Below, piece by piece: positions 16,420-24,038 of a stretch of DNA of 32,000 bases (the first letter of the stretch is position 1; each line of letters starts with the position of its first letter). The translations under genes and the position numbers were made by a program. Source of the stretch: Clostridia bacterium (GTDB taxonomy: Bacteria > Bacillota > Clostridia > Christensenellales > Aristaeellaceae); NCBI GenBank assembly GCA_030526225.1, contig JAUNDF010000010.1, positions 1-32,000 on the forward strand, written 5' to 3'. Under the pieces are notes generated by a model that had not been told where the DNA came from, ran no database searches, and saw only the letters and a program-made list of their open reading frames with translations.

Positions 16420-17144
16420 TGGAAGAAGACATCAATGCCCTGCTGGCAGGGTATGCCCGTGCACCGGAGCCGGAGACGCTGAACCGGCTGACGGAGCATT
16501 TTCTGCCCCTGTCGCGGCAGGTGGCGGCCAAATTCTATGGGCGCGGTGCCGAAATGGAGGATTTGCGGCAGGTGGCAGCCATGGCGCTGATGAACGCCAT
16601 CAAACGCTTCGACCCTGACAAGGGGGTCAAGTTTACCACCTTCGCCGTTACCACCATGGCGGGTGAGGTGCGCAACCACCTGCGGGACAAGGCCGCGCTC
16701 ATTCGCCCCTCCCGTGATTTGCGGGAAAAGGCGGCGCAGGTGAACAAAATCACCGACCGGCTGGCCCAGCAGCTGCTGCGGGAGCCTACCGTGCGTGAAA
16801 TTGCCGGCGAAATGAACATCACCCCCGATGAGCTGCTGCACATCCTCGACAGCCGGGAAAAGCTGGAGGTTGCCTCCCTGAACGAAATCTCCGGGGAGGA
16901 TGACCGCGCCCTTGAGGAGCGGCTTGGTCAGACCGACGGCGGCTACGAGGCCGTGGAGCAGCGGGACATGTGGCAGTGGATTATGCGCCAGCTGACCGGG
17001 CAGGAGCAATTGCTGGTCCGGCTGCGTTATGTATAGCGGATGGGTCAGCGGGAGTGCGCCGCCAGAATGAACCTGTCGCAAATGCAGGTCAGCCGCATGG
17101 AGCGGCGCATGCTGGCGCGCATCCGCAGCAAAATGACATCATAA
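16416..17144 (+). CDS. Group-3 sigma-70 family factor (SigF/SigG/SigB-like, 242 aa) with one in-frame TAG before region 4.2
   Basis: Region 2 (DLRQVAAMALMNAIKRFDPDKGVKFTTFAVTTMAGEVRNHLRD), region 3, then LLVRLRYV[TAG]RMGQRECAARMNLSQMQVSRMERRMLARIRSKMTS. The region 4.2 HTH is encoded only after the TAG. Stop TAA at 17142-17144. Confidence 0.8.
17034..17036 (+). other. In-frame TAG (candidate sense codon) in the sigma factor
   Basis: cgt tat gta TAG cgg atg ggt cag. The HTH follows in the same frame. Confidence 0.65.
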
Positions 17145-17174
17145 ACAAGGATTGAAACCAAGGAGCGTGAAAGG

Positions 17175-18392
17175 ATGTACAGAGAAACACCGCCGATGGC
17201 ACCGCAGCCGAGGAAGAAGCTGCATGCTGTGCAGATTGTCATCATCGTGGTGGCCGTGCTGTTTGCCCTGTGGTACCTGTACAAAACCCTGGTGCCGGCG
17301 GCAACGCCCTATGCCACCATACAGGCAGGCACCCTGGGTGCAAGATACTCCGGCGATGTGCTCATCGTCCGGGATGAGACCCCCTATGATGCCGAGGGCG
17401 TGAGCAGCATCGAGTATGTGGCGGAGGAGGGCAAGGTGGCCCGCAACCGCTCCACCATCTGCAATGTGTTCTCCACCGGTTATTCCACCAAGGAGACCAC
17501 CGCCCTGCAGAACTACCGCGACCAGATCAAGCAGTATCAGCTGCAGCTCATCGGCGAGGAAACCACCTACGATGCCCGCATGGAGCGGCTGGACAGCGAT
17601 GTTTTGTAGCTGGCCCGGGAATTCCGCGCCATGATTGCCGGTCAGCCCGGCAATTTGCTCAATCAGGAAACGCTGCTCAATGCCGCCATCGGCTCCCGTC
17701 AGCTGTATCTGAAGAAAAAGTACGGCTCCGACCAGCGCCTCAGCCGGTTGTATGACGACGAACAGAGCCAGCTGCAGCGCATTGCCAGCTGGACCAAGCA
17801 GTATACCGCCGCGGGCGAGACCATCGTCAGCTTTTATACCGACGGCTATGAATACGGCCTGACCGCCTCCAACTTCCGTGATTTTACCCCGCAATAGGTC
17901 CGGAAGATGATTGCCGGTCAAAAGCCGGAGCTGACCACGGCCCAAAAGGGCAAGACCACCATCTACCGCACCGTGCGTGACGGCGTGTGGTACGCGCTGA
18001 TGCTGGTGAAGGACTCCACATGGAATCCGGTGGAGGGCCAGACCTACGAGCTGAAGCTGGAGCGGGTGGAAAACACCCGTGTGCTGGCCACGGTGGAATC
18101 CTTTACAAGAAACGGCAATGAGCTGCTGGTGCGCCTTGTGGTGCATGACTCCGTGGAGCCGGTGCTGTACATGCGCACCTGTCAGGCAGAGCTGGGCGAT
18201 TATGTGCAGAGCCTGATGGTGCCCAAGCGCGCCATCTATACCCAGGACAACATGACCGGCGTGGTGGTGCTGGACGGTGCCAATCAGCTGTTTGTGCCGG
18301 TGAACATCCTTTTGGAGGACGGCGGCAATGTGTACATCTCCGCCATCACCCAGGGTCTGCTGTATGAAGGGCAGACCGTGATGCTGTTCTGA
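17175..18392 (+). CDS. HlyD-like membrane-anchored protein (405 codons) with two in-frame TAG codons
   Basis: N-terminal TM anchor (VQIVIIVVAVLFALWYLY). ORFs 17175..17609, 17631..17897 and 17907..18392 are in one frame, separated only by TAG codons. Beta-barrel-like C-terminus. The family call is from general resemblance only. Stop TGA. Confidence 0.6.
17607..17609 (+). other. In-frame TAG in the HlyD-like gene
   Basis: Context RLDSDVL[TAG]LAREFRAMIAG. Confidence 0.5.
17895..17897 (+). other. In-frame TAG in the HlyD-like gene
   Basis: Context NFRDFTPQ[TAG]VRKMIAGQKPEL. Confidence 0.5.
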
Positions 18393-18429
18393 TGCGGCAT
18401 ATCTCAAGCAGGAAGGAAGGTCTTTGCGG

Positions 18430-19134
18430 ATGGAACTGAACCGGGAGCAGATTGCCCAGCGGTACGAGGAAATTTGCGCGGAGGTACAGCAGCTGGCGGA
18501 TGAAAGCGGCTATGCTGTGCCCAAAATCGTTGCGGTCACCAAGACCCATCCCCTGGAGACCATTTTGCCCATCCGGGAGCTGGGCATCCGTGAGGTGGGC
18601 GAGAACCGGGTGCAGGAAATTATGGAAAAACTGCCTGCGCTGGAAGAAAATTTTCAGATTCACCTGATTGGAAGGTTGCAATCCAATAAAGTTAAATATA
18701 TAATAAACCATGTATGCCTTATTCATTCTGTGGACAGGCTCAGCCTTGCGCAGGAGATTGACCGCCAGGCCCAAAAGGCCGGAAGGCGGATGCCTGTGCT
18801 TGTTCAGGTGAGCCCCGCAGGGGAAGAGCAGAAGGGCGGCATCCCTCCCGAGGAGACGGAGGCCTTCCTTCGGCAGCTGGCACAATTGCCCGGCCTTGAT
18901 GTGCGCGGGCTGATGGCTGTGATGCCAAAATCAGAGGATGAAGCGTACCTGTCGGGGCTTTTTGCCGATATGCGTGCGCTGTTTGAGCGTCTTCGGGACG
19001 AAAACATAGAGGGGATTACCATGGAGGAGCTTTCCATGGGCATGTCCGGCGATTACCGGCTGGCCGTGCGCCATGGCGCAACCATCATCCGGGTGGGCAG
19101 TGCGCTCTTCGGGCCCCGGGATTATTCCGTGTGA
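18430..19134 (+). CDS. yggS: YggS/YlmE-family pyridoxal-phosphate homeostasis protein
   Basis: VAVTKTHP (Lys of the PLP site), GENRVQE, HLIGRLQSNKVK, SMGMSGDY, IRVGSALFG. An alternative TTG start lies at 18424. Stop TGA. Confidence 0.9.
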   Translation: MELNREQIAQRYEEICAEVQQLADESGYAVPKIVAVTKTHPLETILPIRELGIREVGENRVQEIMEKLPALEENFQIHLIGRLQSNKVKYIINHVCLIHSVDRLSLAQEIDRQAQKAGRRMPVLVQVSPAGEEQKGGIPPEETEAFLRQLAQLPGLDVRGLMAVMPKSEDEAYLSGLFADMRALFERLRDENIEGITMEELSMGMSGDYRLAVRHGATIIRVGSALFGPRDYSV

Positions 19135-19156
19135 TTGTGTGTAGGGGGTAAACGAA

Positions 19157-20356
19157 TTGTCTTTTAAGGATTGGAAACAACAGCTTGCATCCAGGCTGCG
19201 CGGCAAGGGCGCACAGCAGCAGGAGGAAGACCGGTTCTCCGGCTCCTTCAGCGGCTATCATCCTGCCGGCAACCGGGATATGTACGATACATCCCGCATG
19301 GCTGCCCAGCAGCAGGAGCCCCAGCAGGCGGCCTATCAGCCCCAGCAGGAGATGAACGGCATGATGCCCGAGCAGGGCTATGCCCCTCAGATGCAGGGCT
19401 ATACCTGGCAGCAGCAGGCACAGCAGATGAACATGCCGCCCGTGCCCCAGCAGACAACATGGCAGCCCCAGCAGGAGATGCGCCAGCAGACCTCCTCCTG
19501 GCAGACGGCATGGCAGCCCCGTCAGGAGCAGCCCGCCCCCGAAGCGGCAGGCCGCCAGAATCAGCCCCGGCAGGACAACATCAGCTACCTGAATGTCAAC
19601 TTCACCGGCAGTGACGGCCGCGGCTATGTGGGCGTGGAGCGCGCCGTGCTTTTGGCCGGCATCAGCGACTGCAACCGCGTGATTGAATACATGCGCAACA
19701 ACGAGTCGGTCATCCTGAACATGGATAACATCGCCGACGACAAGGAAGTGCAGCGCTGCCTGGATTTCGTATCCGGTGCCGCCTTCACCCTTGAATATAC
19801 CGTCACCAAGCTGAGCCGCAGCAAGCGCATCTACATGCTGTCCCCTGCGGTGATTCTGGTGCTGACCGATGCCGGCATGGCCAACTGGAAGACCGGTGCC
19901 GATGCCCAGCCCCTGCGCGAGCAGGCAGAGGAAAGCCGCGCATGGACCGAGCAGCCCGCCTACGGTGACCGCCGCGCCGCCTATGAAGCACCCTATGCCC
20001 AGCAGAGCTACGGCAATGCTCAGGGCTACACCGCCCGCCAGTCCTATGAGGACATGCAGCAGGGCTACACCATGCAGCAGAGCTATGGCCAGCAGGGCTA
20101 CACGGCCCAGCAGCCCTATTACGATATGCAGCAGGGCTATACCGCCCAGCAGCCCTACTATCAGCAGGGCTATACCATGCAGCAGCCCGCCTATGAGCAG
20201 TATGCCCAGCCCCAGATGACCTTCGGTCAGGTGGCAGCCGTACCGCCCTACAGCACCGGCAGTGTGGATGTATCCGGCGCCGCACCCCGCAGCGCCTATG
20301 ATTCCGATACCCGCCGCGGCTTCTACGGCACGGCGCAGACCCAGCTTGCCCGATAA
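19157..20356 (+). CDS. sepF: SepF-domain cell-division protein with long Gln/Tyr-rich low-complexity extensions
   Basis: Central SepF-like core (VLLAGISDCNRVIEYMRNNESVILNMDNIADDKEVQRCLDFVSGAAFTLEYTVTKLSRSKRIYMLSP). Positioned between yggS and yggT as in Firmicutes division (dcw) clusters. TTG start 8 nt after GGGGG. Stop TAA. Confidence 0.72.
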   Translation: MSFKDWKQQLASRLRGKGAQQQEEDRFSGSFSGYHPAGNRDMYDTSRMAAQQQEPQQAAYQPQQEMNGMMPEQGYAPQMQGYTWQQQAQQMNMPPVPQQTTWQPQQEMRQQTSSWQTAWQPRQEQPAPEAAGRQNQPRQDNISYLNVNFTGSDGRGYVGVERAVLLAGISDCNRVIEYMRNNESVILNMDNIADDKEVQRCLDFVSGAAFTLEYTVTKLSRSKRIYMLSPAVILVLTDAGMANWKTGADAQPLREQAEESRAWTEQPAYGDRRAAYEAPYAQQSYGNAQGYTARQSYEDMQQGYTMQQSYGQQGYTAQQPYYDMQQGYTAQQPYYQQGYTMQQPAYEQYAQPQMTFGQVAAVPPYSTGSVDVSGAAPRSAYDSDTRRGFYGTAQTQLAR

Positions 20357-20368
20357 GGGGGTGGCCTG

Positions 20369-20644
20369 ATGCTGCTGTTGATGCGCATTCTCCGCATGGC
20401 ACTGCTGGTGTATGAGCTGCTGCTCATCGCCTATGTGCTGCTCAACTGGCTCAAGCCCGCCGCCAACCGCTGGACGGAGCTGCTCCGCCGCGTGACCGAG
20501 CCGGTGCTCACGCCCCTTCGGGTGGCCATTGTTTCCCGGCTGCCGGCAAGGTATCAGCCCATTGACTGGTCCCCTGTGGCGGCACTTGCGATTTGTGAAA
20601 TCATCGGCTGGATTCTCGGCAGAATCGCCGCCATTTTCGCATGA
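20369..20644 (+). CDS. yggT: YggT/YlmG-family membrane protein
   Basis: 91 aa with two TM helices. VYELLLIAYVLLNWL...TEPVLTPLR is typical of YggT. The stop overlaps the ylmH start (ATGA). Confidence 0.85.
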   Translation: MLLLMRILRMALLVYELLLIAYVLLNWLKPAANRWTELLRRVTEPVLTPLRVAIVSRLPARYQPIDWSPVAALAICEIIGWILGRIAAIFA

Positions 20645-21390
20645 TTAAGGATACTGCACAGCAGCTGAAGCTGCGGCTGAATCAGCTGGCCCAGCGGGCC
20701 GACAGGCTGTACTGCGCTGTCCCCGGCCGCTTTCTGGCGGCAGAGGAGCAGGCCATGGCACAGGATGCCGCCCGGGATAACGGGGTGGATGTATCCTTTT
20801 GCGGCGGCTGGAGTGATGCATAGCGGGTGCAGGTGTGCTTTCATCCCTTCGGGGAGGAGCCGCTGTTTACCGCCCAATGGGTGGAAGCCAAATGGAACAG
20901 CCGCTTTTCCACCGCGGCCCACAGCGATTTGCTGGGGAGCCTGATGGCCCTTGGCATGGAGCGTGCCTTTCTGGGCGACATCATCGTTGAGGAAGGCCGG
21001 GCACTGGTCTGCGTGATGCCCGAGCTGGCGGCTCGTCTGCCGGTGGAATGGACAAGCGCGGGACGCACGCCCATCTGGGTATCGGTGCTGGGCAGCCCGC
21101 CTGAAATTGCCCCGCCTGAAGGGAAGCAGCTGCGCGACACAGTGCCGTCCCTGCGGCTGGACTGCGTGGTGGCAAGCGGCATGAAGCAATCCCGCACCAA
21201 AGCGGCATAGCTGATTCGTCAGGGGCTGGTGATGGTCAATCATCGCCCGTAGGAACGCTGTGACCGGCTGCTGCAGGAGGGCGCACTGGTATCCATCCGC
21301 CATTTCGGCAGAATCCGTCTGCTGGAGGTGGGGGAACCCACCCGCAAGGACCGGCTGCCCGTGGTGCTGGAAATATTCGCGAAGAAATAA
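20641..21390 (+). CDS. ylmH: YlmH-like S4-domain RNA-binding protein (249 codons) with three in-frame TAG codons
   Basis: GGWSDA[TAG]RVQV matches the YlmH GGY..AER motif. The S4 domain reads LRLDCVVASGMKQSRTKAA[TAG]LIRQGLVMVNHRP[TAG]ERCDRLLQEGALVSIRHFGRIRL. All segments share one frame. Stop TAA at 21388-21390. Confidence 0.75.
20821..20823 (+). other. In-frame TAG in ylmH at the conserved Glu of GGY..AER
   Basis: GGWSDA[TAG]RVQVCFHP, compared with B. subtilis YlmH GGYDRAERKRA (recalled from memory). Confidence 0.65.
21208..21210 (+). other. In-frame TAG in the ylmH S4 domain
   Basis: Context SRTKAA[TAG]LIRQGLVMVN. Confidence 0.6.
21250..21252 (+). other. In-frame TAG in the ylmH S4 domain
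   Basis: Context VNHRP[TAG]ERCDRLLQEGALVSIRHFGR. Confidence 0.6.
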
Positions 21391-21433
21391 TTAAATCCAC
21401 ATAAACGGCCCAACAAGAAAGGAGATTTTCACC

Positions 21434-21913
21434 ATGCAGGTTACCATTGAAATGATTGAGAGCAAAGAGTTTGATTTTGTTCCCCAGGGCTACAAGCCCG
21501 AGCAGGTGGATGAGTTCCTGGATGACATCATTGACGAAATGATTAACATGCAGGATGAAATCCGCGATCTGCAGGGCAAGCTGGCCGCAGCCAACGCCGC
21601 CCCCAAGGCCGCTCCCGTGGCTGCAGAGCCCCGCGCCACCGATACCAACACCGCCGCCTTCCGCGAGATTCTGGAAATGGCACAGCGCGTGAAGGACGAA
21701 ACCATCACCAAGGCACAGACCGAGGCTGATGCCATCGTGGCCAAGGCCAACGAACAGGCCAAGGCACAGCTGGGCAGCCTGATGGAAGACAAGGCCAAGC
21801 TGGAAAAGCAGGTGGCCGCCCTGAAGGAAGCCGCCTCCGCTTACCGTGCCAACTTCGAGGCACTGCTGGCCGCCCAGCAGGATGCCATCGAAAAGGCCAC
21901 CGATCTGTTCTGA
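21434..21913 (+). CDS. divIVA: DivIVA-domain cell-division protein
   Basis: IESKEFDFVPQGYKPEQVDEFLDDI is the DivIVA N-terminal lipid-binding domain, followed by a coiled coil. Stop TGA. Confidence 0.9.
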   Translation: MQVTIEMIESKEFDFVPQGYKPEQVDEFLDDIIDEMINMQDEIRDLQGKLAAANAAPKAAPVAAEPRATDTNTAAFREILEMAQRVKDETITKAQTEADAIVAKANEQAKAQLGSLMEDKAKLEKQVAALKEAASAYRANFEALLAAQQDAIEKATDLF

Positions 21914-21921
21914 TGCTTCAA

Positions 21922-21952
21922 GACCTCTGCCCGCTGCGGCAGGGGTCTTTTT
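21922..21952 (+). terminator. Rho-independent terminator after divIVA
   Basis: gacctctgcc / ggcaggggtc stem followed by ttttt. Confidence 0.75.
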
Positions 21953-22068
21953 CCATGCACGCAGGCAGGAAAAATGGGGCTTTGCATCGAATAGCATAAA
22001 TTGGATGAGTATCGTCCGTTGAATCCTGCAAATGCACATGATGGTTCATCATAGAAAAGAGGTATTTT

Positions 22069-23169
22069 ATGGCAGACAAGCAGCAGACAACCTGCCCCCG
22101 CGTGGATATCGGCGGTCAGGCAGTGATGGAAGGCGTGATGATGAAGGGCCCCGATGCCATCGCCATCACCGTCAGACGGCCCGATGGCTCCATGGCCGTG
22201 CGCTATGAGCCCTATGTGGCCCTGAGCAAAAAGCACAAGTGGATGGGCTGGCCCGTCATCCGCGGCGCCGTGAACATGGCCAACATGCTGGTCATGGGCA
22301 TGCAGACGCTGGAAACCTCCACCAAGATGCTGGGCATCATGGATGAGGAGCCCACCAAGTTTGAAAAATGGCTGGCAGAGAAGCTGGGCAAGGGCATCGA
22401 CAAGGTGGTCATGGGCATGGCCATGATTCTGGCCGTGATTCTGTCCGTGGGCCTGTTTATCCTTGTGCCCACCGCCGTGGAAAAGGGCATCATTGCCTGG
22501 ACCGGCTCCACCACCGCCGCAACGCTGGTGGGCGGCGTTGTGAAGATTCTGCTGCTCATCGGCTACATGATTTTCTGCGGCATGGTGCCCGATGTGCGCC
22601 GCACCTTCCAGTACCACGGTGCCGAGCACAAGACCGTGTACTGCCACGAGCATGACCTGCCCCTGACCCCCGAAAACGCCAAGGGCTTCACTACCCTGCA
22701 CCCCCGCTGCGGCACCGCATTTTTGCTGATTGTGTTCGTCATCTCCATTCTGATGACGCTGCTCATCGGCCGGGGCATCACCGTGTTTATCTGGCGGTTC
22801 CTGTTCCATCTGGCCATGCTGCCGGTGATTGCAGGCGTCAGCTACGAGGTGCTGAAGGGTCTGGCCCACAGCGACAGCAAGCTGGCCCGTGCGCTCCGCT
22901 GGCCCGGACTGCAGATGCAGCGCCTGACCACCCGCGAGCCCGACGAAAAGATGCTGGAATGCGCCATCGTTTCCATGAATGTGGCCCTGTACGGCCTGCC
23001 CAAAAATGCGCCCAAGAACCGGGACGGCTTCACCATCCTGCACAGCTACAAGGAATCCGAAAAGGGCTATGTGTTTGAAAAGCCCGAGGTGAAGCCGGTT
23101 GCGGAAGCAGCTGAAGCTGTTGCCGAAGAAGCAGATGAAGAAGCGCCTGTTCAGGAGCCCCAGGCATGA
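22069..23169 (+). CDS. DUF1385-family membrane protein (commonly a prmC neighbour)
   Basis: IGGQAVMEGVMMKG...YHGAEHKTV...HPRCGT are hallmarks of DUF1385. The stop overlaps the prmC start (ATGA). Confidence 0.85.
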   Translation: MADKQQTTCPRVDIGGQAVMEGVMMKGPDAIAITVRRPDGSMAVRYEPYVALSKKHKWMGWPVIRGAVNMANMLVMGMQTLETSTKMLGIMDEEPTKFEKWLAEKLGKGIDKVVMGMAMILAVILSVGLFILVPTAVEKGIIAWTGSTTAATLVGGVVKILLLIGYMIFCGMVPDVRRTFQYHGAEHKTVYCHEHDLPLTPENAKGFTTLHPRCGTAFLLIVFVISILMTLLIGRGITVFIWRFLFHLAMLPVIAGVSYEVLKGLAHSDSKLARALRWPGLQMQRLTTREPDEKMLECAIVSMNVALYGLPKNAPKNRDGFTILHSYKESEKGYVFEKPEVKPVAEAAEAVAEEADEEAPVQEPQA

Positions 23170-24008
23170 CACCCAGACAGCTGATTCGCGAAACGGCGAA
23201 GCAATTTCAGGCGGCGGGTGTGCCCGATGCCCTGCTGGATGCATCCCTGCTGCTGGCCCACCTGACCGGCATGGAGCCCATGGCCCTGCGGCTGGATGAG
23301 GATACACAGCTGGCGGAGGACATCCTCCGGCAATACGCACAGCTGGCCCGGCGCCGCTGTCAGCGCGAACCCTTGCAATATCTGACCGGGGAAGTTGTCT
23401 TCCTCGGTCGTGTTTTCCATGTGGACAGCCGCGTGCTGATTCCCCGGCCCGAAACGGAGCTGCTGGTGGAATTAGCCGCATCAGAGCTGAAAAAGCACGG
23501 TGCGGGTGCCAAGGCCCTTGACCTGTGCTGCGGCAGCGGCTGCATCGGCGTATCCCTTGCACTATAGGTGCCGGGGAGCGAGGTGCATCTGTCCGATTTA
23601 TCTGCCGATGCACTGGCGGTGACCGGCATCAACGCCGAAGCCCTTGCGGCAAAGGTACAGCTGCATCACGGCGATATGTTTGCGCCGCTGGAGGGTGAAC
23701 GGTTCCACGTGCTGGTGTCCAATCCGCCGTATATCCCCGCGGAGGATTGCCGTCAGCTGCAGGCAGAGGTCCTGCGGGAGCCCATGACCGCCCTTGACGG
23801 CGGCGAGGACGGGTACGATTTCTACCGCACCATCGCAAAGGAAGCGCCCCGTCATCTGCTGCCCGGCGGTGCCCTCTTTCTGGAGATCGGCTGGGATCAG
23901 GCCGAAGGGGTGTGCCGCCTGCTGAGGGAAGCCGGCATGGTGCAGGTGACAAGCCATCAGGACTACAACGGCATTAGCCGCATGGTGGAAGCCCACATGG
24001 CTGATTGA
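23166..24008 (+). CDS. prmC: Release-factor glutamine N5-methyltransferase PrmC/HemK (280 codons) with one in-frame TAG
   Basis: EPLQYLTGEVVFLGRVFHVDSRVLIPRPETE, SAM motif DLCCGSGCIGVSLAL[TAG]VPGSEVHLSDLS, and the catalytic NPPY (VSNPPYIP), which lies downstream of the TAG. ORFs 23166..23567 and 23568..24008 share one frame. Stop TGA. Confidence 0.8.
23565..23567 (+). other. In-frame TAG (candidate sense codon) in prmC
   Basis: gca cta TAG gtg ccg ggg. It aligns with the E of E. coli PrmC ALASERPDCEI (recalled from memory). Confidence 0.62.
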
Positions 24009-24038
24009 GTTTGAACGACGCAAAAGGATGAAGAAGCA

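Noticed and set aside
10172-23567. The TAG-interrupted genes as ordinary pseudogenes (genome decay).
   Set aside because: All 15 lesions are the same codon. There are no frameshifts and no TAA or TGA. Motif conservation is undiminished after each TAG. The affected genes include core functions, neighbouring genes are intact, and no TAG terminators occur in the window. Random decay would give mixed lesion types.
10172-23567. Pyrrolysine insertion at UAG.
   Set aside because: The sites are in housekeeping genes, not methylamine methyltransferases. Several fall on positions conserved as Glu. No pylTSBCD genes are in the window. It cannot be fully excluded without the whole genome.
10172-23567. 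Selenocysteine recoding or programmed frameshifting as the explanation for the split ORFs.
   Set aside because: The interrupting codon is always TAG, never TGA. The downstream segments are in the same frame (offsets are multiples of 3), so no shift is needed.
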